The position numbers were made by a program, and so were the translations under genes. From positions 62,001 through 119,841 of the forward strand of contig BLSG01000090.1 in the NCBI GenBank assembly GCA_012862495.1: 57,841 bases of DNA. Direction: 5' to 3'. This DNA comes from Thraustochytrium aureum. Its lineage: Eukaryota. The notes under the pieces are model-generated. The model did no database searches and was not told where the DNA came from. It worked only from the letters and a program-made list of their open reading frames with translations. Positions 11,075-23,679 of the stretch are shown one piece after another (position 1 is the first letter of the stretch; each line of letters opens with the position of its first letter).

Positions 11075-14000
11075 TCACAGGTTGCCGCCACCTGAATGCG
11101 GCGAAGTCGCGCCACTGCCTCGCGACCTGCGGTCCTCCAAATCTTCCTCTTCTCGGATGCCCTCGTCGACATCCAAATCTGGCGCAGAATACGCTGCGCC
11201 GTTCACCCCTGTCTCGCTGTTCATACTTCCGCGTCTCCCGCCCGGCTCCGAGGCTGCCTCGAACTCGTCGAGTTTGGTCTTCCACCGGAATCGATTACTC
11301 TCCATTGTGTTGAACCTGTCCTGCAGGGAAGGAAAGATGTCCTTCATCACAGACCAGAGCGGCGAGATCACATAGTCGATGAAACTGATCTGCAGGTTTG
11401 CCAGCGCAATCTCGTCCGATGGAGGGTGCTTCATGTGCGGTTGTGATGGGAGTCCCAAGCGCTCCTCCTCGATGGCCTGCGAGTAAAACTCCTGAACCAC
11501 GAGCTCGGTCCAACGCCGGTACAAGTCAAAGCGCAGCACGGGATTGCAGAGGTCAGCGCTGTGGATGACAGCTTGGACGACGAGCAAACGGTCTGCCTCG
11601 TCTGATCGGTCGAACACGTCGCTCCCGCATGCTTGGGGCGCTGCGAACGGGTTCTGCGAAACNNNNNNNNNNNNNNNNNNNNNNNNNNNNNNNNNNNNNN
11701 NNNNNNNNNNNNNNNNNNNNNNNNNNNNNNNNNNNNNNNNNNNNNNNNNNNNNNNNNNNNNNNNNNNNNNNNNNNNNNNNNNNNNNNNNNNNNNNNNNNN
11801 NNNNNNNNNNNNNNNNNNNNNNNNNNNNNNNNNNNNNNNNNNNNNNNNNNNNNNNNNNNNNNNNNNNNNNNNNNNNNNNNNNNNNNNNNNNNNNNNNNNN
11901 NNNNNNNNNNNNNNNNNNNNNNNNNNNNNNNNNNNNNNNNNNNNNNNNNNNNNNNNNNNNNNNNNNNNNNNNNNNNNNNNNNNNNNNNNNNNNNNNNNNN
12001 NNNNNNNNNNNNNNNNNNNNNNNNNNNNNNNNNNNGGAAACCAAGTTGCTCCCAGAGGACGAACTCCCTGCCAAGGAAAGGCGCCGCGACATGGCCGTTC
12101 CTACCGAGCTCACGGACGCCAGCGACTTGTCAGAGCGATCAAGCGCCGCCGTGCTGGAGCTGGGCAACAATTTCCCGGAGGAAGCCATCTCTGTGCCCCG
12201 TCGAGCCGCTGAAAGACCACCCAAGAGCGGAGAAGCGCTGCCCTTGTTTGCCTGCGTCACGGCCTGCACATGCTGAACGGCCTCGTGGTGCTTTGTTCTC
12301 AACGTTGAAACGAGCTGGAAGTGGTGCGCAATGTCCGTGGCGAGGATCGCCTTGATGATCGTGGCGCGCGTGGAGGCCCGCGATGCAGCGTCAACGTTCC
12401 CCAAAAGATTGCAACCCGTCCTTTTCAGCAACCTGAACGTGGACGCCGCGTGGTAGTTTTCCAACACCGAGTTGTCATTGTACATGAGCGCCAGATCGGT
12501 TTCCGAGTTGACCTGGAACGTGTTGTTCGTCCCTGGGTGGCCGATGTCGTGGCAAAGGGCCGAGATGTACAGCGCGAGAACGTCCGTGTACTTGACCAAC
12601 TCCATTGCCCCAGCTCGGAGCATGAGCCACGTGGCGTGCAGAACCGAAAAGGCGTGGTGCCAGTTGTGGTAAGGGTTGCTCATGTACCCCGCACGTGCTG
12701 CGTCCACGAAACTGCTCAAAATGTTCTGCTCGACCTTGAACTTGGTTTGCAGATCAAACTGCTGGAAAAGCCGGGTCGCGTAAAGACAGAGTTGGTCGGC
12801 ATCCTCTGCGAGAACGTCGAGGTCCCAGCTCCGCAGTTTGGTGTCCATCATGGCCTCTTGCTCGGCGCGCATCTTTGGATCCACCAGGAGGACCTGCGAC
12901 TGGGTTCTGGCGGCCCTGGTCTCGTCGGCGCAGACAGGGGCGTCAGCCCCACCGTCACAACTCGAGATCCCGTCTTCGCTCACTTTAGACTCCTGAGTGC
13001 CCTTGTTGTTGTTGTTGTTGTTGTTGTTGTTTGGGAGGAATCCAATCGAGGACCGGGGCCCGTTCCGGTGGTTGGAGAGCGCTAGAGCGCGGCCTGGGTT
13101 GTACATGGCCAGCAGAGACTGGAGATGCTCATCCTGGCCCACTCCATCGCTTCGAATGTAGGCAAGGTCAAGAAAGCGACTGTCTAGTGCGCTTGCGAGT
13201 TCCTCAGCTGTGCTCATGGCGAGGTCCAGGTCGAACTTGCCAAAGTGCGCAGCGGCGCTTGCGCCTAGCTGGTAGGGCGACTTGCACAGGTTGGTCTCGT
13301 CCTCCACGGTGTTGTCCAGCTTGTCTACAAACCCGGCGTGGTGGTTGCCGCCAAGGCTCATGTTGCTTCTCATCCGGCTCAGATTCGGCTGGCTCGTTTG
13401 GTCCATCGCGGATACGGCCTTCCAGTCGATCAGGAGCGAGGTTTGCTTGTCAACAAGCACCACGACCGCGACCGTCCCCTTNNNNNNNNNNNNNNNNNNN
13501 NNNNNNNNNNNNNNNNNNNNNNNNNNNNNNNNNNNNNNNNNNNNNNNNNNNNNNNNNNNNNNNNNNNNNNNNNNNNNNNNNNNNNNNNNNNNNNNNNNNN
13601 NNNNNNNNNNNNNNNNNNNCTTATCGCCAACCACTGGAACGCCCAGAATCGTGCGAAAGCTCGGGCCTGCGCCAAGCGACTCGTGTGGTTCGAGGCTGAA
13701 ACCGCACGACTCGAGCTCGTCGCGCATCAAGAGGATCGGCTCCTGCTCCAGGACCGCACGCCCCGGCACAGAGTCCGCTTTGATCGGGAGGCTCAGCATG
13801 GAGCCATCAGAGTGCCGGTGCCAGAGCTCGTTTGTGGCGCTATCCACGATAAAGACAAGCGCGCCGCGCGTCTCGAGCACGGCCCGAAGGTACTCTTGAA
13901 AAAAGGCGAACGCCTTGAGAAGGTCTTCCGTCTGCGCGAAAATGTGCGCCGTGTCCATCGCCGCGGCGATCGCACGCTGCGACTCGTAAAGGTGCTCTTG

Positions 14001-15026
14001 GCGGGCCTCGGCTTCAATGGCTTGCTTGAGGAATCCGCCAGCCTCTTGAACCAGCTCGGCGATGTGGTTGATCTCCGCCAAGGTGGTCTCGGATGACGGC
14101 CCCGTTTGGTCGAGCGCGCAGAGAACCAGCACGGCGCCAACAGACTTGAAGTTGCGCATACTCGCTCCCCCATCGCCAACCCCTCGCTTTCCACTTCGTG
14201 CTAGTGCTGCCATGTGCGAGCTCCTGGATCGCGCTGTGGACATCCCGTCTGACCCGGGCTTTCCTGCGTTGGCAAAGGGGTCCGCAATAACTTCGTCCTC
14301 CGCAATCGAGAGCCGCGCGACATTCGAACGGCGATTACCTGGCGCGCGCACTGCTTCGGCATCCGCCCCAGCGAGCACCAGTGACATTCTGGGCGAGTCG
14401 TCCATGTCGCAGACGGACGACATCATCGACCCCGCGACAGATTCAAATTCGATTTGCAGTTCGCCCTCGGCAAACTTGAACACAGGGATTGCGAAGAAGG
14501 TGGCGGCGCGTCCGTCCACCTCAGCGCACATTTCGGTAAACTCGCCCGAGTTGCGAACCCTTTCGCACGCCCGTTGAGCGGAAGCGATGAAATCTTGCTG
14601 AAACGCTTGCCCCGCAGGGGCGTTGCACTCCATTGACACAAGGGCGTACTCGTGCTGAGGCCGGTCTGGGGCGATGAGCTCCGTGCGAACAAACATCGCA
14701 GCGACGTGTGGGTGGGTCGAGGTCACACGCGTTGCATGATTGATAAACGTCGTCGACGTGCTGCGCACAGGGAGGAGCGCTGATCCGCTCGTGTTGATCA
14801 GCTCTGCAAGTAGGTTGTGGAAGCTTAGCAGCTTTTTCCGAAGCAGAGGGTCATCGAAGTTCTTCGCGTACTCGCGCAAGCAGTCGGAAAGATTTGGCAC
14901 CTTTTGCTCCTTTGGTTTCGAAGCAGAGCCACTCGTTTTCAATCCGCTCCCAGAACTGCCACTCGAGTCAAACACCCGCGACCCTCGCTCCTTCATGGAG
15001 TTGAGGACCGACGGGCCGGACCCCAT
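11075..15026 (-). CDS. Class I 3',5'-cyclic nucleotide phosphodiesterase with GAF domain(s); two N-gaps
   Basis: NPYHNWHHAF, ALCHDIGHPGTNNTF, LMYNDNSVLENYHA, ILATDIAHH, IHSADLCNP, EFYSQAIEE, QISFIDYVISPLW; GAF-like FIVD..TNELW and ILGVPV; N-terminal MGSGPS may be myristoylated. Confidence 0.92.
13003..13031. repeat. (AAC)n repeat encoding poly-Asn in the PDE linker
   Basis: ttg repeats on the + strand translate as NNNNNNNNN. Confidence 0.9.
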
Positions 15027-16214
15027 TGGCTTGCGTCTTTCGCACCTTGACTGGGCTTATTTTCGATCGCTGCACTTTCCCGCCCCCTGCACGGCCCTGT
15101 GTCTTCCAACCAGGCCCTCGCGACTCGCCACCGTCGTTCCTCTCCGCGCCGCGTATTCGTGTTCGCGCGCACCGCGGCCAACGACTCCCGTCTTGCGTGA
15201 GCCTCGCGCGCGCCGAGGCGTCCTGGCGGGGCGGACGACAGTCGGCGCCGAGCCAACTTTCGCGCCTTTGCCAGCTCGGGCGAGGCTTCTCTCTCCCGCC
15301 GATTTCCCAGAGGCCAAGCCTGCCCGCGCGCCCCACCGCCTGCCTGGCCGCCTGCCTGGCCGCCCGAACGCAACGCAGCCGAGTTCGAGGCTTGGTTGAC
15401 CGAGTGGCAGAGACGAGTTGGAACTATCCGGTAGAGGCGTTTTTTGGCCGCTCGTCCTGTGNNNNNNNNNNNNNNNNNNNNNNNNNNNNNNNNNNNNNNN
15501 NNNNNNNNNNNNNNNNNNNNNNNNNNNNNNNNNNNNNNNNNNNNNNNNNNNNNNNNNNNNNNNNNNNNNNNNNNNNNNNNNNNNNNNNNNNNNNNNNNNN
15601 NNNNNNNNNNNNNNNNNNNNNNNNNNNNNNNNNNNNNNNNNNNNNNNNNNNNNNNNNNNNNNNNNNNNNNNNNNNNNNNNNNNNNNNNNNNNNNNNNNNN
15701 NNNNNNNNNNNNNNNNNNNNNNNNNNNNNNNNNNNNNNNNNNNNNNNNNNNNNNNNNNNNNNNNNNNNNNNNNNNNNNNNNNNNNNNNNNNNNNNNNNNN
15801 NNNNNNNNNNNNNNNNNNNNNNNNNNNNNNNNNNNNNNNNNNNNNNNNNNNNNNNNNNNNNNNNNNNNNNNNNNNNNNNNNNNNNNNNNNNNNNNNNNNN
15901 NNNNNNNNNNNNNNNNNNNNNNNNNNNNNNNNNNNNNNNNNNNNNNNNNNNNNNNNNNNNNNNNNNNNNNNNNNNNNNNNNNNNNNNNNNNNNNNNNNNN
16001 NNNNNNNNNNNNNNNNNNNNNNNNNNNNNNNNNNNNNNNNNNNNNNNNNNNNNNNNNNNNNNNNNNNNNNNNNNNNNNNNNNNNNNNNNNNNNNNNNNNN
16101 NNNNNNNNNNNNNNNNNNNNNNNNNNNNNNNNNNNNNNNNNNNNNNNNNNNNNNNNNNNNNNNNNNNNNNNNNNNNNNNNNNNNNNNNNNNNNNNNNNNN
16201 NNNNNNNNNNNNNN

Positions 16215-17025
16215 CTCGGACAGCGCGGCCCAAGCAGGACATGGCCAACGCAGCGAACCAGAGGAGGACCGGACCTGCAGGATTTGCTTCATGCGCGGCG
16301 ACGACGGCGGGCGCCTCTTCTCGCCGTGCAAGTGCAAGGGCAGCATGAAGTTTGTTCACGTGGAGTGCCTCAACGCTTGGCGGCTCCAGTCTGTGGGCCA
16401 AAGCAACTTTTTCAAGTGCTCTCAGTGCGGGTACGAGTACAACGTCGTGCGGACCAAGATCGCAGCGTACCTGGATGTCCTCGGCTCGGACGGAGCGAGC
16501 CTCGGCATCGCCTGCGCTCTTGTGGCAGGCCTGGTCGCTCTGTCCGGCTACTTGCTGGCCCTCGCCGTCGGCCCCGACGCGGCGCTGTTGCACTCGGTGC
16601 GGTTCAAGGTGCAGCCGTGGCGCTTTCAGGCCGAGCGCGCTCTCGCAATGCTCGGCCCCGACACGGCAAAGCACGTAGCCGAGCGGCTCTGGCTCGGCTT
16701 CGTCGCCGTCGGGGGCACTGGGGCCGCTGTGCACTTGTACGACTACGCACAGTGGTTCTGGCACTTGCGCGAGCACGTCAACTGGGTAGAGCACTTTTGG
16801 GAAAACCCAAATGCGCTGCTGCTTGGCGCGTCTCTGGCGACGCACTCGGAAGAGTCCCTGTCCCGCACACTGCTCGCCGTTGGACTCGCGTTTTACGTGT
16901 ACCAGCTGGTCCTCTGGATCAAGCAGTGGGCCAAGAAGCTCGTGCAAGACTGCGGCGAGGTCATCCTTGAGGTAGGCGAGGACCCGCCATCGGCCCAAGA
17001 GGGGCCCGAGCAGGGCCAGCAGTGA
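16215..17025 (+). CDS. Membrane-associated RING-CH (MARCH-type) E3 ubiquitin ligase; 5' end lost in a gap
   Basis: CRIC...LFSPCKCKGSMKFVHVECLNAWR...CSQCGYEY (C4HC3) followed by several hydrophobic segments. Confidence 0.9.
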
Positions 17026-17724
17026 GAGCTCCCTGCATGCGCGAGCAACGTTCGCTCGTCACGGCAAATCCCGCGCAGGCAGGGAGCCCAATTGCCGCCG
17101 TCGTGCGCAAGCACGGTCAACCCTCGCGCATCAAGTTGTGTAAGGACCGGATTGGTGTGTGGTGTGTGAGAGGTCTCTCTGTGTGTTGTGTCTGTGGGTG
17201 TTCCAGCAGCTGCAGCAAGAGCGCCGCTCGCAAGCTGACGCAGCTCGCTGCAGTGTAAATGTAGAGCGGGCTCGCGCACGGTCATATTGTGTAAAGCTCG
17301 ACCGGTGCACGGCGAGCCCGCCGCCGCGCCTCAATGCGAGAACGCGACGTGTGTTGTGTGAGTGTGTGTTGTTCTTTTGTTGCGCATCGCGGTGAACAGG
17401 TTTAACCGCCGGTGCGCCATGATGTTGTCCATGATGTGTCCATGATGTTGTCGTTGTTGTCCTCGCGTGGGTGAGAGGCATCCTCGTTGCTCGATGCAGC
17501 GGCGGGTCGGTGGCTGGCGCACAAAACGTAGCGCATGCGTCGAGCTAGTTCAATCTAAGACTCGGGCCAACACGGGTCTCGCTTCCACCCTGCGAAGTCG
17601 GACCCAAGCCACGGCACAAACCACCCTTGTGCGCCTCCCACCCCACCGACCGCAAACTCGACCCTCCGCGGAAAGCGCAGCAAACTAGTCGGTCTAGAAG
17701 TCGAGCAACCACTCCTGGAGTCAG

Positions 17725-19365
17725 TTACTGGAGTCCAGAGAAGTTGAACCCCGTTCCGCCCGGCGGCGGCTGCTGGCCGGGCTGCTGCTGGCCGAACGGC
17801 ATCTGGCCCGGCTGCGCACCGAACGAAAACTGGTGCTCGGAGGCATCCGGGCGAATGTCGTCGTCGTCCTCGTCGTCGTCGTCACCCTCAAAGTAGTGCT
17901 GGATGATCTTGCAGGCCTTGCTGGCCACCTTGGCCTCTTGGCTCTCCTGGAGCTGCTCGATTTCGGCCGCGCCGTTTGCGGCGGCGATGCTCTGGGCAAA
18001 CACGTTGACGCCACCGTTGTTGGCGCGCTCGACCTCGCCCACCTTGAGAATGTTCTCGAGGCCCTCGAGCGCCACAAGGACGATCTTGGGGTCCTCGGAG
18101 GTGAGCAACTTGCAGAAGGGCTTGATGCAGCCAAGGCGGACGAGGATGCGAATGTGCTCGTTGGTCCCACCCGACGTGGCGTTCGAGATAGCCCAGGCCG
18201 CCTCCTTTTTGATGTCAAACTCCTCCTGCTCCAAGAGTCGGATGAGGATGGGGATAATGTTGGCTTGGATCACGGCGTCGATCTGCTCCTTGTTACCGGC
18301 GGTGATGTTGCTGATCGTCCAGCAGGCCTCCTTGCGGATCCCCTTGCGCTCGTTGGTCAGCAAGGCAAGCAGAGCGTACAGGGCGCCGTTCGCGACAATC
18401 ACCTGCGTCTGCAGGTCGTCGCCGGTCACGATGTTGCCGACGGTGCGCAGCGCCGGGGTCTTGACCTGCGGCTCGTCGTGCATCAGCAGCTCGATGCAGC
18501 GGCGCGGCACGTCGGCTTCGATGACGGCCTGGATGTTCTTGTTGTTCCCGTCTGAGAGGTAGCTGAGAGCCCAGCAGGCGTCGGTGAGCACTTCGACGTC
18601 GTCGCCGCGAATCAGCTCCGAGAGGGTCAGCAGCGCTGGCCGCACAAGCTCAAAGTCGGGCGGCGGCTTGCCGCGGCAAAAGTTGGACAGCGTCCAGGTG
18701 GCGTTGCGCTTCATGGTGATCTTGGCGTCCGGGGTAATCTGGCGCAGCAGCGCGGGGAGCGCGTTCGCGGCAAGCACCATGTCGCGGCACTTGTACGAGT
18801 CGCCGGCAATGTTGCCCAGCGCCCAGACGGCTTGCTCGCGAACGTCGACTTCGGGCGAGTCGAGCAGCCTGACAAAAATCGGGATGGCGCCGCTCTCGAT
18901 GACGACCTGGGTGTGGTTGGTGGTGCCAGAGGCGATGTTGGTGAGCGCCCAGGCGGCCTCGAACTGAAGCCTGGTGTCGGAGTTCATCTGCAGAAACTCG
19001 ACGAAGCGCGGCACGACGCCGCACGCGATCACCTCGCTGATTGGGGGGTTGCGCTCAATCGAGAGGAGCTTGCGAAAGTTTTTCGTGTCCTCCAGCTGCT
19101 GCTGGGGGTCGTTCGACATCACGCCGGCCACGTACTGGGGAATCTTGGCCTGGATCGGCAGCGAGGTGTCCATCCCGCCCAAGGACACGACCTGCGCCGG
19201 CTGGTCCTGCACGCGCCTCCGCTGCTTGAGCCGCTCATCGCGCTTCTGCTTGCGAATCTGCACGCTCATCTGTTCGCGCTGCAGCCTGTTGGCGCTGGCG
19301 TCCACGCCGCTCTTCACCGCGCTGACGCCATCCGCGCCGGTTTGCTGGAGGTCACCAAACTGCAT
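17725..19365 (-). CDS. KPNA: Importin subunit alpha (karyopherin alpha)
   Basis: IBB domain [18 protein letters not shown] repeats [53 protein letters not shown]-terminal GFNF. Confidence 0.97.
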   Translation of the reverse strand: MQFGDLQQTGADGVSAVKSGVDASANRLQREQMSVQIRKQKRDERLKQRRRVQDQPAQVVSLGGMDTSLPIQAKIPQYVAGVMSNDPQQQLEDTKNFRKLLSIERNPPISEVIACGVVPRFVEFLQMNSDTRLQFEAAWALTNIASGTTNHTQVVIESGAIPIFVRLLDSPEVDVREQAVWALGNIAGDSYKCRDMVLAANALPALLRQITPDAKITMKRNATWTLSNFCRGKPPPDFELVRPALLTLSELIRGDDVEVLTDACWALSYLSDGNNKNIQAVIEADVPRRCIELLMHDEPQVKTPALRTVGNIVTGDDLQTQVIVANGALYALLALLTNERKGIRKEACWTISNITAGNKEQIDAVIQANIIPILIRLLEQEEFDIKKEAAWAISNATSGGTNEHIRILVRLGCIKPFCKLLTSEDPKIVLVALEGLENILKVGEVERANNGGVNVFAQSIAAANGAAEIEQLQESQEAKVASKACKIIQHYFEGDDDDEDDDDIRPDASEHQFSFGAQPGQMPFGQQQPGQQPPPGGTGFNFSGLQ

Positions 19366-19430
19366 TTTCCCCTTCGGATCGCTCCCCGCGCCCTCCTCGC
19401 GCGCCGCTCCTCCTGCTCCTCCTGCTCCTC

Positions 19431-19463
19431 CTGCTGCTGCTGCTGCTGCTGCTGTTGCTGCTG

Positions 19464-19504
<41 letters not shown>
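19431..19504. repeat. (CTG/CAG)n trinucleotide tract upstream of the importin-alpha ATG
   Basis: About 24 units with two interruptions. Confidence 0.9.
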
Positions 19505-19505
<1 letters not shown>

Positions 19506-19867
19506 GTGCTGGTCAGCGTTCGGTGTCTGCTTGGTTGCCTGCTCTCCATTCCTTCCGACTGTTCCCGAGCAGGGCCAAGTGCCAGTGAGGGAGCCGCCAG
19601 TCTGTGTCTGCACCTCACAACAACCGGGCAGAGTTCGCGAAACTCCCACTCGAATTCGAGCGAGGCTGTGAGAGGACGGTCGGTTCGCTTGTGAGGAGGA
19701 GGTGCGAGGCCCTCCTATACGGCGCGCGCGAAAAATTTGAACGCTGGAACGCCCTCTGAAGAGTTTGAGTGATGGCGGTCAAGAGTGAGGAGAGGTTTTG
19801 GCGCCGGAGAGGGGGGCGCGCTGCACGCGCATTCAGTTTGCTGTGAGGGGGAAAACCGACGTGGTTG

Positions 19868-19910
19868 GGTTAGGGCGCAGGTTAGGGCGCAGGTTAGGGC
19901 GCAGGTTAGG
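19868..19910. repeat. 12-bp tandem repeat (GGTTAGGGCGCA)x3 + GGTTAGG containing telomeric TTAGGG
   Basis: Directly visible. Confidence 0.9.
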
Positions 19911-20061
19911 TCGGGATCGTGACTCTGACCGCGGCTTGGGCGCGAGCGTGGAGTTGCGACGCGCTGGCCGCCACGGGATGAGCGAGCGCTTACTCTAGTG
20001 CTTGCATTGCGAGAGCGAGGAGAATAAAATAATTGGTTGTTGGTTGGTTGTGTGCGATTCA

Positions 20062-21307
20062 TCAGTGGTCGCACAAGTCGTCGCCTTGGATCGTGTCGCA
20101 AAAGCGCAGGCGCTCCACGCAAAAGTCCGCTATGGCATCGATAGCAAGCGCGGCCTCGTGGCGGAACAAGGGCCACAACACGGGATAGATGTGCGGGCAG
20201 TCGGGGCCCTCGTGAGCGATCACTGACTTGCCCTCTTTGCGCAGCTTGTGAACAAACTCCTCGATGTCGTTGTGGAACACCTCGCGGGTGCCCATCGTCA
20301 CCATGACAGGCGGCAGAAAATCGACGTCGCCCTGGATCGGCGAGATGGCCGGGTTGTCCAGCACGTTGTGATGATCGTCCGCGTACGCCGCCGAGTAATC
20401 GCGGAGGACGACCTTGCCGGGGATAAAGTCCGTCTCCACGTGCAGCTCGTGCGAGTCAGTGTCGCACGAGTGGGTGACCCAGGGGCTCACGAGCACGAGG
20501 CCGGCCACGCCAGGCACAACACTGCCTGTCTTCGCTCGGGTATCGCTCGCGTGCCGCGTCACGTGAAAGGCCATCGCGCCGCCGGCCGAGTCGCCGCCAA
20601 TGATGACCGACCCAGGGCAAATGCCAAGCTTTTCGACCATGGCGTCGTAGGCCCGGCAGGCAAACTCGAGATTTTCAGGGTACCTCACCTCGGGAGCGAG
20701 CGGGTACTCGATCGAAAGGATGCCCGCAACCATGCCCTGCCGCTCTTTCATCTGCTTGAGCCAGTTCGCTTGCGCGTTGATGTACATGCCGGCGCTCCCG
20801 ATGCAGTAGCCGCCTCCGTGGAACCAGAGGATGACTGGGCAAGTGCCCAGCTCGTGGCTTTTGCCAGAGTGATCCAGAGTGCGTCGCCAGTGCCTTGGCC
20901 GAGGCCGAGGTCGAAGTCTTCCACGCTGCAATGGCCAAAGACGCGACTCATTCCGCGCTGCAGGCCCTGGTACCCGTCGATGGCCAAGCGCGGCGCGGTC
21001 ACATGGCCGCTCAGCGCGGCAAACCGGAGCGTCTGGATGATGATCTCGTCAAACGGATGCCAGTAAGGGTGCTTGCTGATGCCAGGAGGCGCCGCACTGC
21101 CACGGAGCACGTCTTCCGCACCAGGTAAAGCGCGGCGTGGATCAGGTGGAGCGTGTCCTTGTAGTACGACCGCTTCGACTCGAGCCGTTTGTTGTGGTAC
21201 GTCAGCGCAACAAGCACGAGGAACGCGACGTGCGACTTGCTCTGCGGCCCCCGGCTGGCTCGCCGAACGAGCGACCTGGCCGTTCTGGCCGCCGCCTTGA
21301 CCACCAT
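20062..21307 (-). CDS. Alpha/beta hydrolase of the HSL / Say1-like esterase-lipase family; two frameshifts (about 21083 and 20860)
   Basis: ILWFHGGGY oxyanion motif, EYPLAPE, GGDSAGG nucleophile elbow, LVSPW, catalytic E (GTREVF) and H (CPHIYP). The N-terminus is split across the 21011 and 20748 ORF frames. Confidence 0.85.
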
Positions 21308-22378
21308 CCCGCCCGCTCGCCCGCCTGCCTCCCGCAAGCAACCTAGTCCCGCCTGCTCGCTCTCGCTCGCTCTCGCTCGCTCTCGCTCGCTCTCGGCCGA
21401 GCTGCCGGGCAACTCGAGCTGCTATCCGCGACTGCGAGAGGCGCAGCGTTGACGTTCTGTCTGGCCCATTCGCCCCACAGCGAGTTGCAAGCTGCAGTTT
21501 GCGCGGCAGAGCGCACTCGGCGGACCCAGACTCTGTCCACCGCAGCCTAACCAGCGGAGGAAGGACACAGCCGGTGTGCGTTGCGTTGCGTGGCGCTCGC
21601 GCCGGGATACCCAGCACAGCCCAGCAGGAGCCTTCTGCAGAAGGCTCCTGCATGTGTCTGCTGCTCAATCGGCACGCACCTTTGGCCATGGGCGAGGCCT
21701 GGCCATGTGCCATGGGCATCGCGCTTGCCTTCTTCTGATCCGTCGTGTGCAGCGCCGCCGCGTCTGTCCGTGCGGCAGCGCGCTGGCTCGGGCTGGCCTT
21801 GGCTGGCCTCGGCTTGATTGCGCGACCGAATCGACGGCGTCGTGCCGGTCTGGAGTTGGGGTGATGTCGATGTCGATTTCTTCAACAGTGGATTGTGCGT
21901 GGACGCGGAGCTGCCCGAGCAGGGGGGGAACTGACCTCACGCAAGTCCGTACCGATCACGTCGCGTAGGTGCTCCAACGCGCGTGTGTCGGACGTCGTTG
22001 CGTCGCGCCGCCGTGCCGACTCCCGCTCCGCGCTGTGCGAGCAAAAAGAGGGCGAGCAAAAAGAGGGCGAGCAAAAGGAGTGGGAGGCAACGAGCGAGCA
22101 AGCAGGAAAACCGGCGCGAGCGAGCAAGCAGGAAAACCCGGCGCTCGCAGGAGGGCGGATGCATGGTCAAAGTGATGAATGGGCTCAAGACAAATAGATT
22201 CAATCATCAGGCGACGATGCGCACGAATCGATCCGCGTCACTATCCCATGGGAAAGACCAGCGGATCTCGGGCTGGATGCACCGCACTCGCTCTCGAGCG
22301 AGCGCGTTCGAGGACCGCGGTGATGAAGGGGAAGCGTTTTCGCCACGCAGAAACCAGCCGAGTAGCCCTCGCCTGCGC

Positions 22379-23679
22379 TCAGGCCGACTCACTGGCCAAC
22401 TTGGCAGAGATCTCCTGCACCGCGTTGATAAAGGCGCCAGCATGCTCTGGCTTGTGGTCCGGCAACATGCCGTGGCCCAGGTTGGCAATGTAGCGCTGCG
22501 AGCCAAAGCCCCGCACCATGCGCTCGACCTCCGAGCGGATGCGCTCAGGGCTCCCGTACAGCGTGCAGGGGTCGAGGTTGCCCTGCACAGACGCCTTGGC
22601 GCCGACTCGGCGCCGCGCAACCGCCGGCTCAATGCTCCAGTCCAGGCCGACCACGTCATAGTTGGTCTCGGCCAGCTTCTCGAGCGAGCCCTCAAAGGTG
22701 ATCCCGCGCGCAAAGACGGTCATCGGCACCACGGGCAGACCCTCGGCCTTGAGCGTTGCCTTGACACGGTCCACGATCTGGACCAGATACGGCAGCGAAA
22801 ACTCATAGAAGAGGTACGGCGCGAGGTCGCCAGCGTTCGACTCGAACACCTGCAGCAGCTGGGCGCCAGCGCGGACCTTGCCCACGACGTACTCGACGAT
22901 GATGTCCGTGATTCCTTGCAACAGGCGGTGGGAGGCCTCCGGGTAGTTGAGCAGCCAGGACTTGGACTTGCCCATCGTCTTGGAGCCGCCGCCCTCGATC
23001 ATGTAGCCCATCAGCGTGAACGGCGCGCCCGTAAACCCGATCACCGGGACACGACCCTCCACGCGCTGCCGCGTCAAGTTGACCACATCAAAGACGTACC
23101 CGAGCGAGGCCTCCACGTCGGGCTTGAACGTGAGCTTGTCCAGGTCCTGCGGCGTCCGCAGCGGCTCGGGGAACACGGGCCCGCGACCGGCCACCATGGT
23201 GACCTCCATGCCCATCGCTTGCGGGATCACCAGGATGTCGGAGAAGACGATCACGGCGTCCAGCGTGGGAAACCGCAAGAGCGGCTGTAGCGTCACCTCG
23301 CAGGCCAGCTCGGGGTCCTGGCACATCGTGAAAAAGTCCGCCCGCTTGCGCATCTCGCGAAACTCGGGTAGGTAGCGCCCGGCCTGGCGCATCATCCACA
23401 CTGGGCGCGCTCCGTGCGCTCGCCGCGCGCCGCGCGCAGCAGCAGGTCGTTCTTCGTCTTGGGCAGCTTGTCAACGGGCACGCGGTCAACACGCTTGCGG
23501 TCCGCCGCCATGCGGCCCTGCCCATCGGGCTTGACCTGCCCGGCGAGTGGCTTGGCGGCCCCGCGTTTCTCCACAGCGCCCGCAGCCTTTCCGGCCGCCA
23601 CCGCGAGGCCCGCGCCGGCCAGGAGCAGTCCGACGGCCCAGGCCGCGCTGGGCGCCCCATGGTCCGCCCCATCACTCAT
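22379..23679 (-). CDS. UROD: Uroporphyrinogen decarboxylase with a hydrophobic N-terminal extension; frameshift near 23403
   Basis: KNDLLLRAARGE..(P)VWMMRQAGRYLPE, DAVIVFSDILV, IGFTGAPFTLMGYMIEGG, QGNLDP, YIANLGHG; one added C joins the frames. Confidence 0.93.

Noticed and set aside
15418..16214. ORFs spanning long N runs (also 49407-50355, 23735-24159, 39360-39676)
   Set aside because: Their length is an artefact of untranslatable gaps
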